A stretch of DNA of 64,000 bases, taken from positions 53,258,001 to 53,322,000 of the forward strand of contig NC_088853.1 of assembly GCF_963853765.1 (NCBI RefSeq). The letters run 5' to 3'. Origin of the DNA: Magallana gigas (lineage: Eukaryota). The position numbers were made by a program, and so were the translations under genes. Positions 1 to 13,065 of the stretch are shown piece by piece. The notes beneath the pieces are model-generated. The model was not told where the DNA came from, made no database searches, and saw only the letters and a list, made by a program, of their open reading frames with translations. How positions within the stretch are numbered: position 1 is the stretch's first letter; each line of letters starts with the position of its first letter.

Positions 1-1075
1 CTTCCAACTCCGCCGGGACTTTTCCCTTAAAATGCTTCTCAAGCTTCGCTAAATCAACATTAACTGCAGCCGATTTAGGAACCACCCCCCTTCTGTCGTT
101 CGTATAAGATATTTATTTGTGTTGCTATTTATGAGGTGTGTTCTTACTCGTTGTGAAAAGGACTGGGATGCACTGTTTTTCGCTTTTAGTCTTATTTTAT
201 ATTCGTCTCTTTTATGTGACAATCACGTTCAAGCTTTTTTATAGTATCGGCAGCGGAATCCACAATCAATTTTTGATCGGGATGTTTGTTCAAATCCCCA
301 CATTGTTCAGAGGTAACGCATTTGTCGATTCGACATTGTCGAATATTGTGATCCAATCGCAAATGAAGGTTCGAACACTGTTTCCCTCGGCCCTGAACAA
401 CTGCACAATACCTATCCGTGAGTTCTGTCACGCGCTCCTTTGCAGACTGGACTTGTACCTCCAACTGGTTTATTTCCTCCTCAATGTATTGAAAAGAACG
501 ATTAAGGGGGGATTTATACAAACATACTTAGCTTCAGAATCTTGTGACAATGTTGGGAAATCCAAGCCTTTTCTCGCTTGCAGTCCCAGATCTTGCTCAA
601 CATTTACGCACTTAGATTTAGACCTGTCGTCTGATATTCCAACTTTGTTTGCAGCTGGCGAAGAACCCTCAGTTTCTTTAAGGTAACAACAGCGCGATCA
701 CAAATCTGAATCGATCTTACTTGTCGAATGAATATCTTGAAATTGGTTTCCATCATATCAATAAAGTCATTTTCATCATCTTTGTACATGCGCAAGACCG
801 GCATCCGTCCCAGGTATCTTATCTGTGACTGAAAAAGTCCTTCCAGGCCAATATGCAATCATGTTGCATCTTTTTTCTCCGTAATAGTCGTAATGTATCT
901 TAAAACCAATCTCTCGGTAATCATCGGACACAATTTTTGATGACGACATTTTCAATCGTGACTGATCTCCAGGACCGATCGAAATGTTTTGCGCGCTAAA
1001 AGTTCGTTCAAGTTGCGCGCTTGATATCACAAACCAATCAAATTTAACTTGATATATACCCGAGCAATAATACAT
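1..1075 (-). pseudogene. Degenerate intronless ORF of unknown family (coiled coil plus Cys/His cluster), probably transposon-derived
   Basis: Minus-strand ORF pieces 776-1075, 604-858 and 192-521 can be joined through frameshifts; contains IEEEINQLEVQVQSAKERVTEL and C..LH..DHN..C...C....CG...H; continues towards the window start. Confidence 0.3.
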
Positions 1076-1997
1076 GTAGATATCCAGTGAGAGCTAGACG
1101 TGAAGATAAATGTTTTTTTCATCGTATGTACAGTTAAATAATTTACTTTATGTACATACTGTTTGGAGCTAGATCTATATCAATTCTAAAATACTATTTT
1201 GGGGTATGAGATGAATCATGTAAATATACAACTACATGATCTAATCCCAATTTTCATAATGAAATTAAAGCTTGAAAATTTGTGTTGTCAATCCGTCTAC
1301 ACCCCCCCCCCCCCGAAAACAAAAAAAAACTAGCAATGATTCGCTTTGGTTCCGCACAGATCGCCAACATGGTCTAATCACGAATGATATTTATGTTTGA
1401 TCAATGATTTAATTTAGACCCATGTCAGGATATATTAATTAGAGGGAAGAGGGACACTCATACCCCCTATTATTAAACAAATTAGGTACCCCAAGAATCA
1501 TTTGATAGAAGAATCCCTTGTAACGAATTGTGATTTGGGATTATTTTAATCAGTTTATTAACTCTATTATTCTGCTTTTGCTAACGGATATTTGTTTGTT
1601 TATGTTTAATCAAATAGATATCTTAAGTTGATAAAAAAATTGAGGGTGGTTGCCTCCCCTCCCCCCAATCGTGTATTATCTTAGAAAAGAAAATTTGGGT
1701 AGTCTAAACCACAAAGCAAATGAAGTATTTATTATATTGTACATAGATCCCTAAATGCTTTACATGTACATGTAGTCTATGGATCTATTAGATGAAATTA
1801 ATTATAAATTATAATTATGAAGGGTGTAGATTGGTGTCGGTTAAAAGAATAGATATATTTTTAAAATTGACGTACTAAAAGGCTAGCATTTTATTTGAAA
1901 AGAAGATAGATATACATGTATATAAAAGCATAATTTTCTCGTCTTTTTAAATATATTTTTTTCTTCTTTTAGATATGCATGTACAGTCTTTTTTAAA

Positions 1998-3049
1998 ATG
2001 GAATCCTTAAGCAAACAAGGGAGATTGAGTATTAATGGAAAATCTCTTTTTAGAGACATGAGAAATGCGGTGATATGCGACTTGGTTAATGGCGGTGCTT
2101 CAGTGGGGGATTTCAAATTTCCTCGTGGTTTAGGCGCAAATTTAGCAAAAAAGTGTAAAATTTCAAAATCGACTGTTTCAAATCTCTGGGCGAAATATAA
2201 TAAAACTTTTCCATTGCTCCTCGTAAATCAATGAACACAAAAGATCGGAAAATTGGAAATGAAGATCGTGAATTTATCAAGGCATTAAAAAACGAGAGAC
2301 CTTCTATTCAACTTCAAACAATTCGAAATGAATTGCTCAAACATTCCAACACAATTACAAGCATCAGTATTTCAACAATTAGCAAAACCATTCGAAAAGA
2401 TCTGTCAATGACATTTAAAAAATTTGTCTCTTCAACAAAAACAGATTTACTTTACAAAATCTTCAGTATACCCAACAATTTTTGAATTATGTTTTTAACA
2501 AATATCCCTTCAGGCTGGAGTTCATGGACGAAATGGGAATACAATGTAAGACTTGCGGACGGCCAACCATTTTACGGTCATTCTGTATGGGATTCAAAGT
2601 GCGTAGAAATGACCCGATACAGCAGGACTCCTAATTATACAGTTAACTATTTAGTAGGCATTACGGGTGTTAAATATGTTAATATTCTTGATGGGCCATC
2701 AGACACCACACAATACGTTGATTTTGTGGGTGAAGCGGTCAATAGCTTCACAGACGATGGGGAGAGGGCTATCCAGGGGGGTGACGTGCTAGCGGTAGAT
2801 AATGCCCCTATACACCACCATGCCGCAGAGAGGATTTTAAGGAACTGGCTTTCCACAATTGGAGCAGAATACTTGTTCCTACCAACTTATTCCCCGGATC
2901 TAAACCCAGCAGTACAATGTTTTCGAAAAGTGAAAACTTTCCTTAAAAATGATTGGTACAAAGTGAGAATTAGTGACAACTTTAAAATGGCTGTAATTAA
3001 ACATTCGGGGAAATCACTATTTCTGACAAAATGTCTTTTACGCAACTGA
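1998..3049 (+). pseudogene. IS630/Tc1-mariner superfamily transposase pseudogene (HTH plus DDE, D37E spacing with catalytic E read as V)
   Basis: Three consecutive ORF pieces; HTH-like LAKKCKISKSTVSNLW; VDNAPIHH...LFLPTYSPDLNPAV; 37 residues between D and the E position; 3' end abuts the AGTAGT terminus at 3058. Confidence 0.85.
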
Positions 3050-3318
3050 GGTGTGTAAGTAGTATAAGACGCCTCGATAGGGAGGGGGGGGGTCAACTGA
3101 GTGTACTTTTGGGGTCAAATTCAAAATGGAGGTCAAAATAAGGTAAAACAAGACAGTATAGAGAGAAAACAATTTTATTGAATGAAAACATGCAATTAGA
3201 ACGAAACAATAATGAATAGCTGAATGAAAACAGTTAAAGTTAAAAAACGTATTTACATTGAAGAAATAATCCTTTTCTTTCACGGTTTATCTAGTACATT
3301 CAGCGATCGTTAGAAAAG

Positions 3319-4387
3319 ATGTCTTCGTTTATTCCTGTTAGTGTCAGTTACCCACTCCTGTTCATCCGCCAAGTCCTGGAACTCTGGGACTACCAGTGAA
3401 ATGCGCCCCAGCAGACGTACGAGAGAGTGAGTTTTCGTGCTCTCCATATGACGGAGTCTGAGGAGAATCCTGTGGACAGTTTTGAGGTTGGGGAGTTTTT
3501 TACCACCAAGGCCGATTTTAGTCGGGAAGCTGCAACCCAACGTTCAGAGAAGATTGGTTCCTCCTCCTAGACCGCCGCCGCCTAACTTCAACAGACGAGG
3601 AGCCAGCCCAGAGTCACCGGCCAGCCCTGATGGTTCGGAGCCTTATTCTCTGACGGACAGCCCCACTAAACAAACTGCACCATCGCCTCCTCCGTACTCG
3701 CCCAATAGGTTACAGTGTGACAGATCCCTGTATGTGACAATGCAAGACTATCAATTTGCCTTGCCTATGGACTGCCCTGACGATCGACCACCCAGAACAC
3801 CAGAACCATTTTCAGTGGCGAATCCCCCTCTGCAGCCCGCTCCAGAGCTCCATGCCAGGATTCGGAGGAGAGCTCCACCCCCTCCCAGATCCGTAGGACG
3901 AGGAGCTGATCGGAGGGAACCGTACGCCAGACCTCCCATTCCCTCTGAGAAGTCGGCGTTTGTCCGTCCGCGACCCTTACCTTTTGGACGAGCCAGAAAT
4001 CTGTTCGCAGATTTCATCCCGATTATCGAGTCGCCTCCCTCTCCACCGCCCATGGTAAGGACGTTTCCTGGGCCTCCTAAAACCCCTTCAACGCCACTTC
4101 GTCCTCCTTCCTGATCGCCATCCCCAGAATCAGATATTTTCCTGGAGCTGTACCAGCACAGCCGGCACCCCGTAGATGCCAGGAGCCATTTAACGATCAT
4201 CCCGAGTTGGAGCAGAAAAGCTGAGAAAGAAGAGAGAGGGGAATGTGTAATATGCTATGGGGAAAAAGAACACCTGCAAGTCCAGTGTCAGAACTGTGGG
4301 ACGATGACAGTTTGTTGTGTCTGTGTTGTAGGGGTCTACCAGAGTATCAATTCCTGCCCGATGTGTCCATTCCGGGGGGAGTTTTAG
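3319..4387 (+). pseudogene. Pro-rich protein with C-terminal RING-like C4C4 zinc finger (Maverick accessory gene, disrupted)
   Basis: ATG 3319, in-frame TGA, and a frameshift into ORF 3482-4114; reading through TGA 4112 gives CVIC-x10-CQNC-x5-CCVC-x10-CPMC ending at TAG 4385-4387. Confidence 0.65.
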
Positions 4388-4447
4388 GGAGAGCCCAGCA
4401 GTCCAAGGCAGCTAAAGGCTAAGTCCATCTAGCCGAGAAAAACCAAC

Positions 4448-4486
4448 GGCCCTTTTCAGGGCCTCCCATATTTTACGAAAAGATGC
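4448..4486 (+). terminator. Histone-type mRNA 3' stem-loop plus histone downstream element
   Basis: AACCAAC-GGCCCT TTTC AGGGCC (4448-4463), TCCCA, then GAAAAGATGC (4477-4486); 60 nt after the RING stop codon. Confidence 0.85.
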
Positions 4487-4551
4487 TATTTATTATAATG
4501 CAAATAGAAATCAAATATGAAACACCAGTCACACTTCCCTCATACACCAAC

Positions 4552-5181
4552 ATGTATTCTTAAGAGTTACTCTCTCCCTTTCAATTAAAACACGAATTTA
4601 CTATGGTCGTAGCGGGTCCTTCTAAATCGGGGAAAAGAGAATTTGTAAAAAAGGTAATATTAAATAAGCATTGGATCTCCCCTCCCCCGGAGAGAATTGT
4701 TTGGTGTTATCGAGAATGGCAACCGGCCTACGAAAGTTTACGGGGTGAAGTTTAGTATATTCGCGATATACCAGAAAACGAGGAGGAATTAGTAAGTGAT
4801 GTCAGCATTCGTCACCATTTAATTTTTGATGATATGATGGGAGGGAAAGCCATCGTCGATTGGTTTACTCGCAAAGCTCATCACTGTAACACCAGTCTGA
4901 TTTACATTACTCAAAATGTGTTTGATCGAGCCGTCCAACACCGGACGATTAGTTTGAATACTCATTACATGGTTTTGTTTAAAAATCCCAGAGACAAATC
5001 TCAAATCACCGTTTTGAGTCGACAAATAAATATGCCTAATTTAATGTCTGTCTATTTAGATGCTACTCGCATCCCTCACGGATATATGTTAGTGGATTTA
5101 AGTCCACAGACTCCCGACGAATTGAGATTGAGAAGTCAAATGTTTGAGAATTTAGTGGTGTATATGCCACGAAAAATATAA
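4552..5181 (+). pseudogene. Maverick packaging ATPase (FtsK/HerA, A32-like), disrupted
   Basis: MYS*ELLSPFQLKHEFTMVVAGPSKSGK (Walker A), LIFDD (Walker B), HH.N.S.IYITQN; in-frame stops. Confidence 0.9.
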
Positions 5182-5224
5182 ATAAAGGTGATGTACGATT
5201 TACATCATTTTGACTTGGAACACC

Positions 5225-5749
5225 ATGGCAAGACAAAAGAAAATTTTGAGACTCCTGAAACTTTTGCAGGGAGAAAAAGATCCAGTAAAGAGACAAGAGA
5301 CCATCGAGTTAAGTCGTAAGACTTTATTGAAATGGTTTCTCATTGGTGCAAAGAATTTGCTGAACGGGACTATTCCTATCGATAAGCAAACTCAACGTTT
5401 TATCGATAAACATTGAGAAGATGATGATAATAGATTAAAAGCGATCTTGAAACGAGGAGGAGCTGGATTTTTAGGAGGGGCGATCATTCGTCACTTGTTG
5501 AAATGGAATCTGAGTAAAGAGAGAATTGCTCAACCTAAAAAGCGTAAATCAAAGAAAATAACGCAGAAATTAAATATAAAAGATTTTGTAAAAACCCCTC
5601 CCCTAAGGAAAGACTTACCTGATTGGGTTCAGGAGCAAGTAGATTTATATCGACAAGATCAAACAGGTCAAAATCAAGATCTCATTGATCAGATAGATCA
5701 ATATCAAGAGGTAGCCCCTCCTGAGCCAAAGAAAAAGAAAAGGGGTTAG
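5225..5749 (+). pseudogene. Homolog of Maverick ORF 45511-46398, disrupted
   Basis: LKWFLIGAKNLLNGTIPIDKQTQRFIDKH and ILKRGGAGFLGG.IIRHLLKWNL are nearly identical to the copy B protein. Confidence 0.75.
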
Positions 5750-8700
5750 AGAGAGATTTTCTCCTGACTTACCTGCTGCCTCTACGCCTAAGCGTAGACC
5801 CTCTGAAATTAAAGAAGAAAGCAAAAACGCGGGGGTGTTAAGTAAGCATATGGACAATTAAGCGTCATATTTTGACTCTTATATTCAAAATCGTGAAATT
5901 AAATAATTATTTTAAATAAGATCAAAAACTTAGTATTATCCTTTAAAAAGATGTCAGTGCAATAAAATCGGGTAGTACATTACTGCCACATTGTTACATT
6001 ATCACGTGACAACTATAAATAGCTTACGTATGTTCCTTAACATAGAATGAGATAGAACAACACTACCCCGCGGTTTCCAAAATAAATAAGCATACCAAGT
6101 GAAAGCAAAACATCTCAGTTTAATCAAAACCGCTGCTAGAATCCTATGTTTGTCCTTATTAAAAAGTTATTTATCCGGTTCTAGTAAAACCTTCCCAACT
6201 TTTATGTTTGCACGGAAAACGGCAAATTGCATCAAAACAACACATAACATGGGATTCTAGCAGCACTTTTCAATTTAAGCATTGATCAAACTAACGATAA
6301 GGCCAGCATTTTTTTAAATTTCGATTTACAAACCCGCCGACTGTGTTTTTTAAAAAATGGGGAAAAAAATAAAAGACCTAAAGCTAGCTTTTATTTTTAT
6401 TTTTTCCGCCGATTTGAATTTTTTTTCTATGTAAGAATAAAAATATCGTATTTTAATGCATATCACGTTTAAGAAAATGGACCGAGGTGTTTCCGATCAT
6501 AAAAAACGTTGTGAAGGAAAAGGTCCGAGTTCCTCCGATCAAAAGCAGCATCAATAATTACGTAACATTTTTATGTGTACCAAAAGGTCAAAATGGCTGC
6601 TGCCAGCACTGGACATGTGCAATCATTTTTTAAGTTAAACTTTCGATGCATCGAAAACAAATACACATTTAACACAATTCGTGAAGCTAAGGAAGAGGAT
6701 ACAGTTGGCAACTTGATTAATACTGTCCTGGACACAGATTCAATTGACTGCATGATGATAGATCACGTTGTCAGCGGACTAACAGAGGACTCTGCCACAT
6801 TTCAAACATCCTTAAACACGCCAATAGAGGTTTTAAAACAATTCAACTTCAAAAGCATTATCGTGCATTTAGTAAAGAAAGGGAATGAGAGATCAGATGC
6901 AAAAAATCCTGTTAATGCTTTCCAAATCTTGATGGATGCAAGGAGACGCTATGACAAATACCCTCCTCTAAGGTACGTTATTTAATCATTTTCATTTAGT
7001 ACTTGGTTAATTAAAATCGCAATATATGCATAAAACTTTGATTGATAAATTAAATTGTATTAATGTAACGTGCTTATAAAAAACAAACACGTATTGTCGA
7101 ATGTATGTAGTACCGGTACATTGATCGTAAGAGAATGGATTTATGTACGAGCTGTTTATTTTTATTTTCCCTTTAAACCGAAAGTAGAAAATGTACATGT
7201 TTTATGTTGATTGTTCATTGAGGAAAACACGGAAAAAGACAGACTGTTTAATAATGTCATTGAGTCATTAAAGAAAAGAAAAGTTGGATTCTCTTCTCAC
7301 CAAATAGAAAACATTGGCAGGGATGTTGTTAACACAATAACAAACACCATGTGGTTTTTAGACCCATTCATTGACAAACTGAAGGATCGTAGTGTTAACA
7401 TCCCTGCCATGTTTAAGGAACTTACTGGATACAGAAACATAAAGAAACAACATCAAAAAGCTCCACAGGTACGTAACAGTTTTGAGGATATATGACTTAA
7501 TTAAAGTAAGCTTGCATAGTCCATCCACATGTTATTCTATAATTCATGATACTGTAATTATAATCCATATTATTGTATTATTAGTATAACAATGATACTT
7601 CATTTAAAATATTATTAAAAGTTTGTTTGCGTTTATGAATGTGTACAGTGTAATGATAGAGTTTTTTCTCATTTAAAAAAGAACCAATACACATTTATTT
7701 GAGTTTTTTACTCAAATAAATGTGTATTGGTTCTTTTTTAAATGAAAATGCAATGACTATTGAAATGTGAAAAAAGACAGAAAAAATTCATTGACTATAA
7801 TAAAATGATGATTAAACTTTACAATAAAAATTTCGTAAAATATATTTTACAGTTGGTGACCTCTGAACTAAAGGAAAAGACAGAAAACCTTGCAGAGCTT
7901 CTGCTTATTCCATGGATCTTGTGCAAGGATTTTGCATCATTCTACACAGCTGTCAAGGATCTTGTAACAGGCCTGCAGAAATACTTGTCATATATGTCTG
8001 GAATGAAGGAGAGAACTGCACAGAATCTAAGAAAATCAGAGCCTGTGAGAAGTTTTAAAGACAACTGGAGTCTCAAAAAAGTTGGAAAGGTGAAGGATGT
8101 GAAGGATGAATACAAGAAACTTGATGATTTTTTGAAGAACTTACACGGCAAAAGACTTGATCGACTTCGAACCAGAGGACAAAACTGAGCGAAGGAAGTG
8201 GTATGATAACTTGTACTTATCTTTTGACATTTCATTGTTTACCTACAGATATGGTAACTATCTGGGAAATGTGAATTTAGTGTGGAAAGTAAATGAAGAG
8301 GACACTCAGCAGTCGACATCTATGGAAATTGGGATTGTGAACAAAATAAGAGAAAGTATACCTAAATATGCTACAAGACAAATGCAGAAAGACTTTATTC
8401 TCAAATACCATAAGCATTCAGGGGGAAGTAAATCAATTTTGAGAAACATGTATCAATTTCTTACAGACTATGAGTACACACCTGAAAATAAGCAAACGGC
8501 ACAAATTGACCTGCGTACTAGTAAAATTTTACTGGAACTAGACGACACAGAGTTGATCTTTGATCTTCGTAAGAATAATGTGATCCCAGACTTGAGCCAT
8601 TCTGGAGTGAACTAGGGAAATTCTTGGATGAAAAGTCGGTGGTTCATGAAAGGAGGCATACAGACACCCAGTATATGCCCTTTGCTATGTCTGTAGAAGA

Positions 8701-9212
8701 CTTGCGAAACCAGATTATCAAACGCTTACCTGAAGGAACCCCAGCACCTTCGACTTCTTGGATTAGATTAAACTTTTGTCCTTCAAATCCGATGCACATT
8801 GCACAATTCTGCCCAAAATTATACAGGAAAATTCAACGTAAAGTTTGCGGTTCAACAAAGACTTCTGAGAGTCCAGCATGCTGACCTACCTTATGGAAAA
8901 CATCAGTTTTACTTATTAAAAGATTTTGCCTGCAAATGGAGAGACCATGTTGTTTTACAGAGCCTGGATGACAAAGCTATTGTTCCAATTGGTGAACCAG
9001 GGCAAGCAGTGTTAACTGGTGTCAGAGCACATCATGGAGGACTAGTTTCAGATCCTAGGCAAAACTTGGCCCTTGATCATGATTTCCATGTGGCTGGAAT
9101 TGTTCCAAGTGTTTGTTTTGTTGTTGATGTTCCAGTAAATAGGGTCTGTAAGTCTCGTCAGCTGACCAACGAGATTTGACGAGATTATTAACTTCCGGGT
9201 ACCTCGAGCGAT

Positions 9213-12200
9213 ATGGCGTTATCGATATTGTATTGGGCAAACTATGTCGAGGGTTTAACAAAGATTAAAAGGAAAAGTGAAGCTGCAGTTGAGTCTCAGA
9301 GGGTTCTCCGTTTCGCGTTTGACGAGTTGCGTGTCATTACTGCCAATGTTCAAGCATCAATGAGGGACACATCATACAAAGTTCAGGTGCGTTGTTGATT
9401 TGTTACTCACGTATAGGCTTATTCTCTTTTGAGAAGTGGACAGGCATAGCCTACATCTTAAAAGAGAATTAGTATAGGCTTTAACATATCTTTTACTCTT
9501 TTGATAAAAAAAATCATTAACATTTCGAAAGATTGCTCCTTAAATGATGTAATCATACTTGAAAACAAAACAAACCATTTTTCTAACGTTATCGTAAATG
9601 CATAAACAAATCTGCAAGCAAGCACAGACATACCTATATATCTGATTATTGGATAATTCTATTGTAGCACACGTGTATGATTAGATTGTGTGTATGAATT
9701 ACAACAGATTGAGAAAGATTAAATTTTTCGTCTGTTGACAAGTGTAGGTACATGTACATGTATTGTATCTCTTTTTAATGTTATAATGCATTGCAATAGA
9801 TATTCCTTGAATCTGAAGATAACGGTGTGGTGGAGTCATCATCATGCGAGTGTCCTATGGGGAGGTATAAGTGTCATCATGTGGCAGCAACTCTCCTTTA
9901 TGGGCAAGTGTTCTGGTATATCAATATATTATTGTAAAATGTGGTTAATGTTTGAAAATCATTGGACAATCTGTTCACTTTTGATCATGTGTATTAGATG
10001 TCAACTCAAGTTAGTAAATAATGAGTGAAAATTCTTCAGATATCATTATAAAATGCAACATGCATTTCTCATAATTGCTGTATATTCAGTTGTTTTTCCA
10101 TCAAATATTTTTTACCATAATTCTTTATAAATTGCAGATATAAGAAGGCAAGCAAAACCGACATAAAATGCAGTTGGTTAAAACATCCAAAGTCAGCACA
10201 GCCAAAGATGACAACAACCATGGAGGAATTATTTCCACCAAAACAACCAGGATACAGGTACATGTAGTTTTTTTTTATTTTCAAAGCAATGTTTCAACAA
10301 AAAATACTTGATTTAAGTAAAAATTGTGGATATTTATATATCTAATATCACACACACACTTATAGAGCCTTAAAACGTGTGGTGACGGATGAAGACCGAT
10401 TATATTTTTATAATCAACTTAGCCAATTAGGCAGATTTACAGGTTCTCCCAGTTCATGTTCAATTTCTTCCCTTTTAATATGTTCTCACGTTGGATGTAT
10501 TCATTGTCTTTTTTTTTTATAACTTGATTTGTTGGGGGGGGGGGGTGTTGACTTTTTTTTTTTTTTCAGATTTATCATTATAAGATACTTTTTTGTGTAT
10601 CTGGAATTTTGATATTAAATGTACTTTGATATTAGTGTTATTTTTTGGTTGTATTAAGCCATGGCTGTTATAACAATTTACTAAAAATGAATCAGACAAG
10701 CATATTTGTATTGACACAAATGCTTGCAGTATATTTAATTTCAATATTTGTAATGTCAAATGTCAACGAACAAAAACCGAAGGTTCTTATTTAACAATAT
10801 TCTCATAAGTTAATGCCAAGCAGAAACATGCACTTTGTGAATTTTATTTCAGACCAAAATATTTCTGATTTAATTTATTTGTACAGCAATGCACTGGATT
10901 CTGTCAAAAGAACCCACAACTGAAGATAGTCCTGTTGTCTTGATACAAGAACTATTTCAAAGTAAAGATTTCTTGGATGCTGAATGCAAGGAATCCTTTT
11001 TAAGGCATGTTTAAACCTAATATTTTGACAGCACTTTTATATTGCACTGTATCAATAATATTCTAATCAAGCCCATGATACATATATCAGCTTTTTCCCT
11101 TAAATATATCTTCTAACAGAATCACTATCTAATTAAAAACCATGATTATAGGGAGAAGCTTTCAATGTCCCCAGAGCAAATTATCCAGACTGCATGGACC
11201 ACAATAGGGCAGAGGGAAAATACCTTGTGGGCCAAAGTTCGCAAGCTGCGTTTCACAGCATCCAATTTTGGACAGATTGTTGCAGCTGTTCGAAAAAACA
11301 GGTATGATTTTCAAAAAACCTCATTAGTAAAGATGCATTACTAAATATTTAAAGATACTTAGTTTAAAGATATCAGTTTTTCTGAATTTTTAAAATCACA
11401 CACTATTGAGAATATGATGTAAATTCTTCAACAGTAGCCCTGAACATATTTGAAAAAGCCATATATCTTACTTCGATGATTTCTTCATTTTAATGATCTA
11501 CTTGAAAAAAATAAAAATAAAATTGACACCATATTGTGCTATTCAATAAATGATAAAACTACAGTAGCTTTATTTTATTTTAGAGTATGTTTTTTAAAAT
11601 AACAAGATTTAGATCATTTCAAAATATTTTAGGTTAAACATGTCCTTGAAAAAAAGACTACTGAGTGCATACAACTTGGAAAAAAAGAGCACCAATCCAA
11701 TGGGGACTTGCCCATGAGAAGACTGCAATACAAGAATACTGCAAGGTCTTTGAAGTGAATGTTTTAGAGACAGGTAATTTTTTTTTAAGGATTTAATAGT
11801 TTATTGAGTTTGTTTGAAATTGTCATTATATTTGTGCAATTATAAATTGTTAAAAAATATGTTAAAACATTATTTACCATTAATTCTAGATAACCTAATT
11901 ATTGACGACAATCCCCGCCTTTATATGTTTAAGACACATCATCTAAAAGTACTAAAAACTAAATACAGCACTGCATGCAATTCCTTTAATAATTTGAATA
12001 ACCATTATTAAATATTGTTGTAGGAATTTGGCTTCATGAGTCTGGGCTACTTGGAGCCTCTCCAGATGGCTTTGTTCAAGGAAATCCAAAGAACATCACT
12101 GAACGAGTCCATCAACAAGAAAAGAACTCAACATTGCTGTCACCTGACATTGTTGAGGTGAAATGTCCATTTTCTGCCAGATCAATGACAATCAAAGAAG

Positions 12201-12756
12201 CTTGTTCAAATGTGAAGGATTTCTTTCTTGGTAAGCTAGCTAAAAAACCTATAAATTTATATTGTATGGGGATTTAATCTTGAATTGTGCACATTTATTA
12301 ATAAATATATTGTAATACAAATGTACTTATATGAAAATATACATGTATGTGTCCTATTTGAGCTTTATTGAAGATTCATTGATGAAATATTATCAAAAAT
12401 GTTCATGGTAACATTTCAATAACTTGCACTTCATTCTGAATATTGAAGTACTTTTATGACTAAACCTCTTATTTACATGCTGTCACTGCTATTCTACATG
12501 TAACTAATATATGAAATGACACTTCCCATTTCTAGATTGTAATCCAAGTGATAATTCACTTCACCTCAGAACACAACATGATTATTGGCACCAGATCCAA
12601 GGACAGTTGTACCTGACAGGAACACAGTGCTGTGACTTAGTAGTGTGGACTCAGGCAGACATTCAAGTTGTTCGTATCGAGAAAGATGCATCATGGTCAT
12701 CAAACATCTTGAACATGATCGAGTTTTATTATAAAGTGTTTCTGCCAAGTTTATGA
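9213..12756 (+). CDS. Multi-exon YqaJ-like (lambda-exonuclease family) protein of ISL2EU
   Basis: Exons encode WLHESGLLGASPDGFV, VEVKCPFS and HDYWHQIQGQLYLTGTQCCDLVVW; first exon 9213-9387; exon boundaries only partly resolved. Confidence 0.75.
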
Positions 12757-13065
12757 TTCATTTTGTCTGTTATTCTTTGTCTGCATGTCTGTGGTATAAT
12801 AAATAAATAAAATAAATGAGAAAATGGTTCAGTAACTTTTGTTAATCAAACCACAAGCCACGATACAGAGTTTGCATAGTTTTTTTCTTATGACATGATG
12901 TACATATTGGCTTTTGTTTGCGACGATGCTATACCAATAGAATTAATTAAACAAAGAATCTTAACTTTATTATCTCACATGTACATATGCATAGAAAATA
13001 TAGTACACTGTGTTAACTAGAGGGTTGCAAATTCTAGATATGCATTTATTAACATAAGCATTGAC

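Larger units (their letters stand above)
3058..5850 (+). mobile_element. Truncated Maverick/Polinton (copy A)
   Basis: Starts AGTAGTATAAGACGCCTCG...GGTCAACTGAGTGTACTTTT, matching the terminus at 39667; carries homologs of the ATPase and the 45511 ORF of copy B; right end not identifiable. Confidence 0.8.

Noticed and set aside
3311-3323. AGAAAAGATG resembling the histone downstream element
   Set aside because: No stem-loop upstream; it overlaps the probable ATG of the RING gene
3751-4200. Gly-rich minus-strand ORF and other antisense ORFs (138-686, 45483-46115, 47724-48053, 56432-56614)
   Set aside because: Shadow frames of real coding regions on the opposite strand, with no motifs of their own
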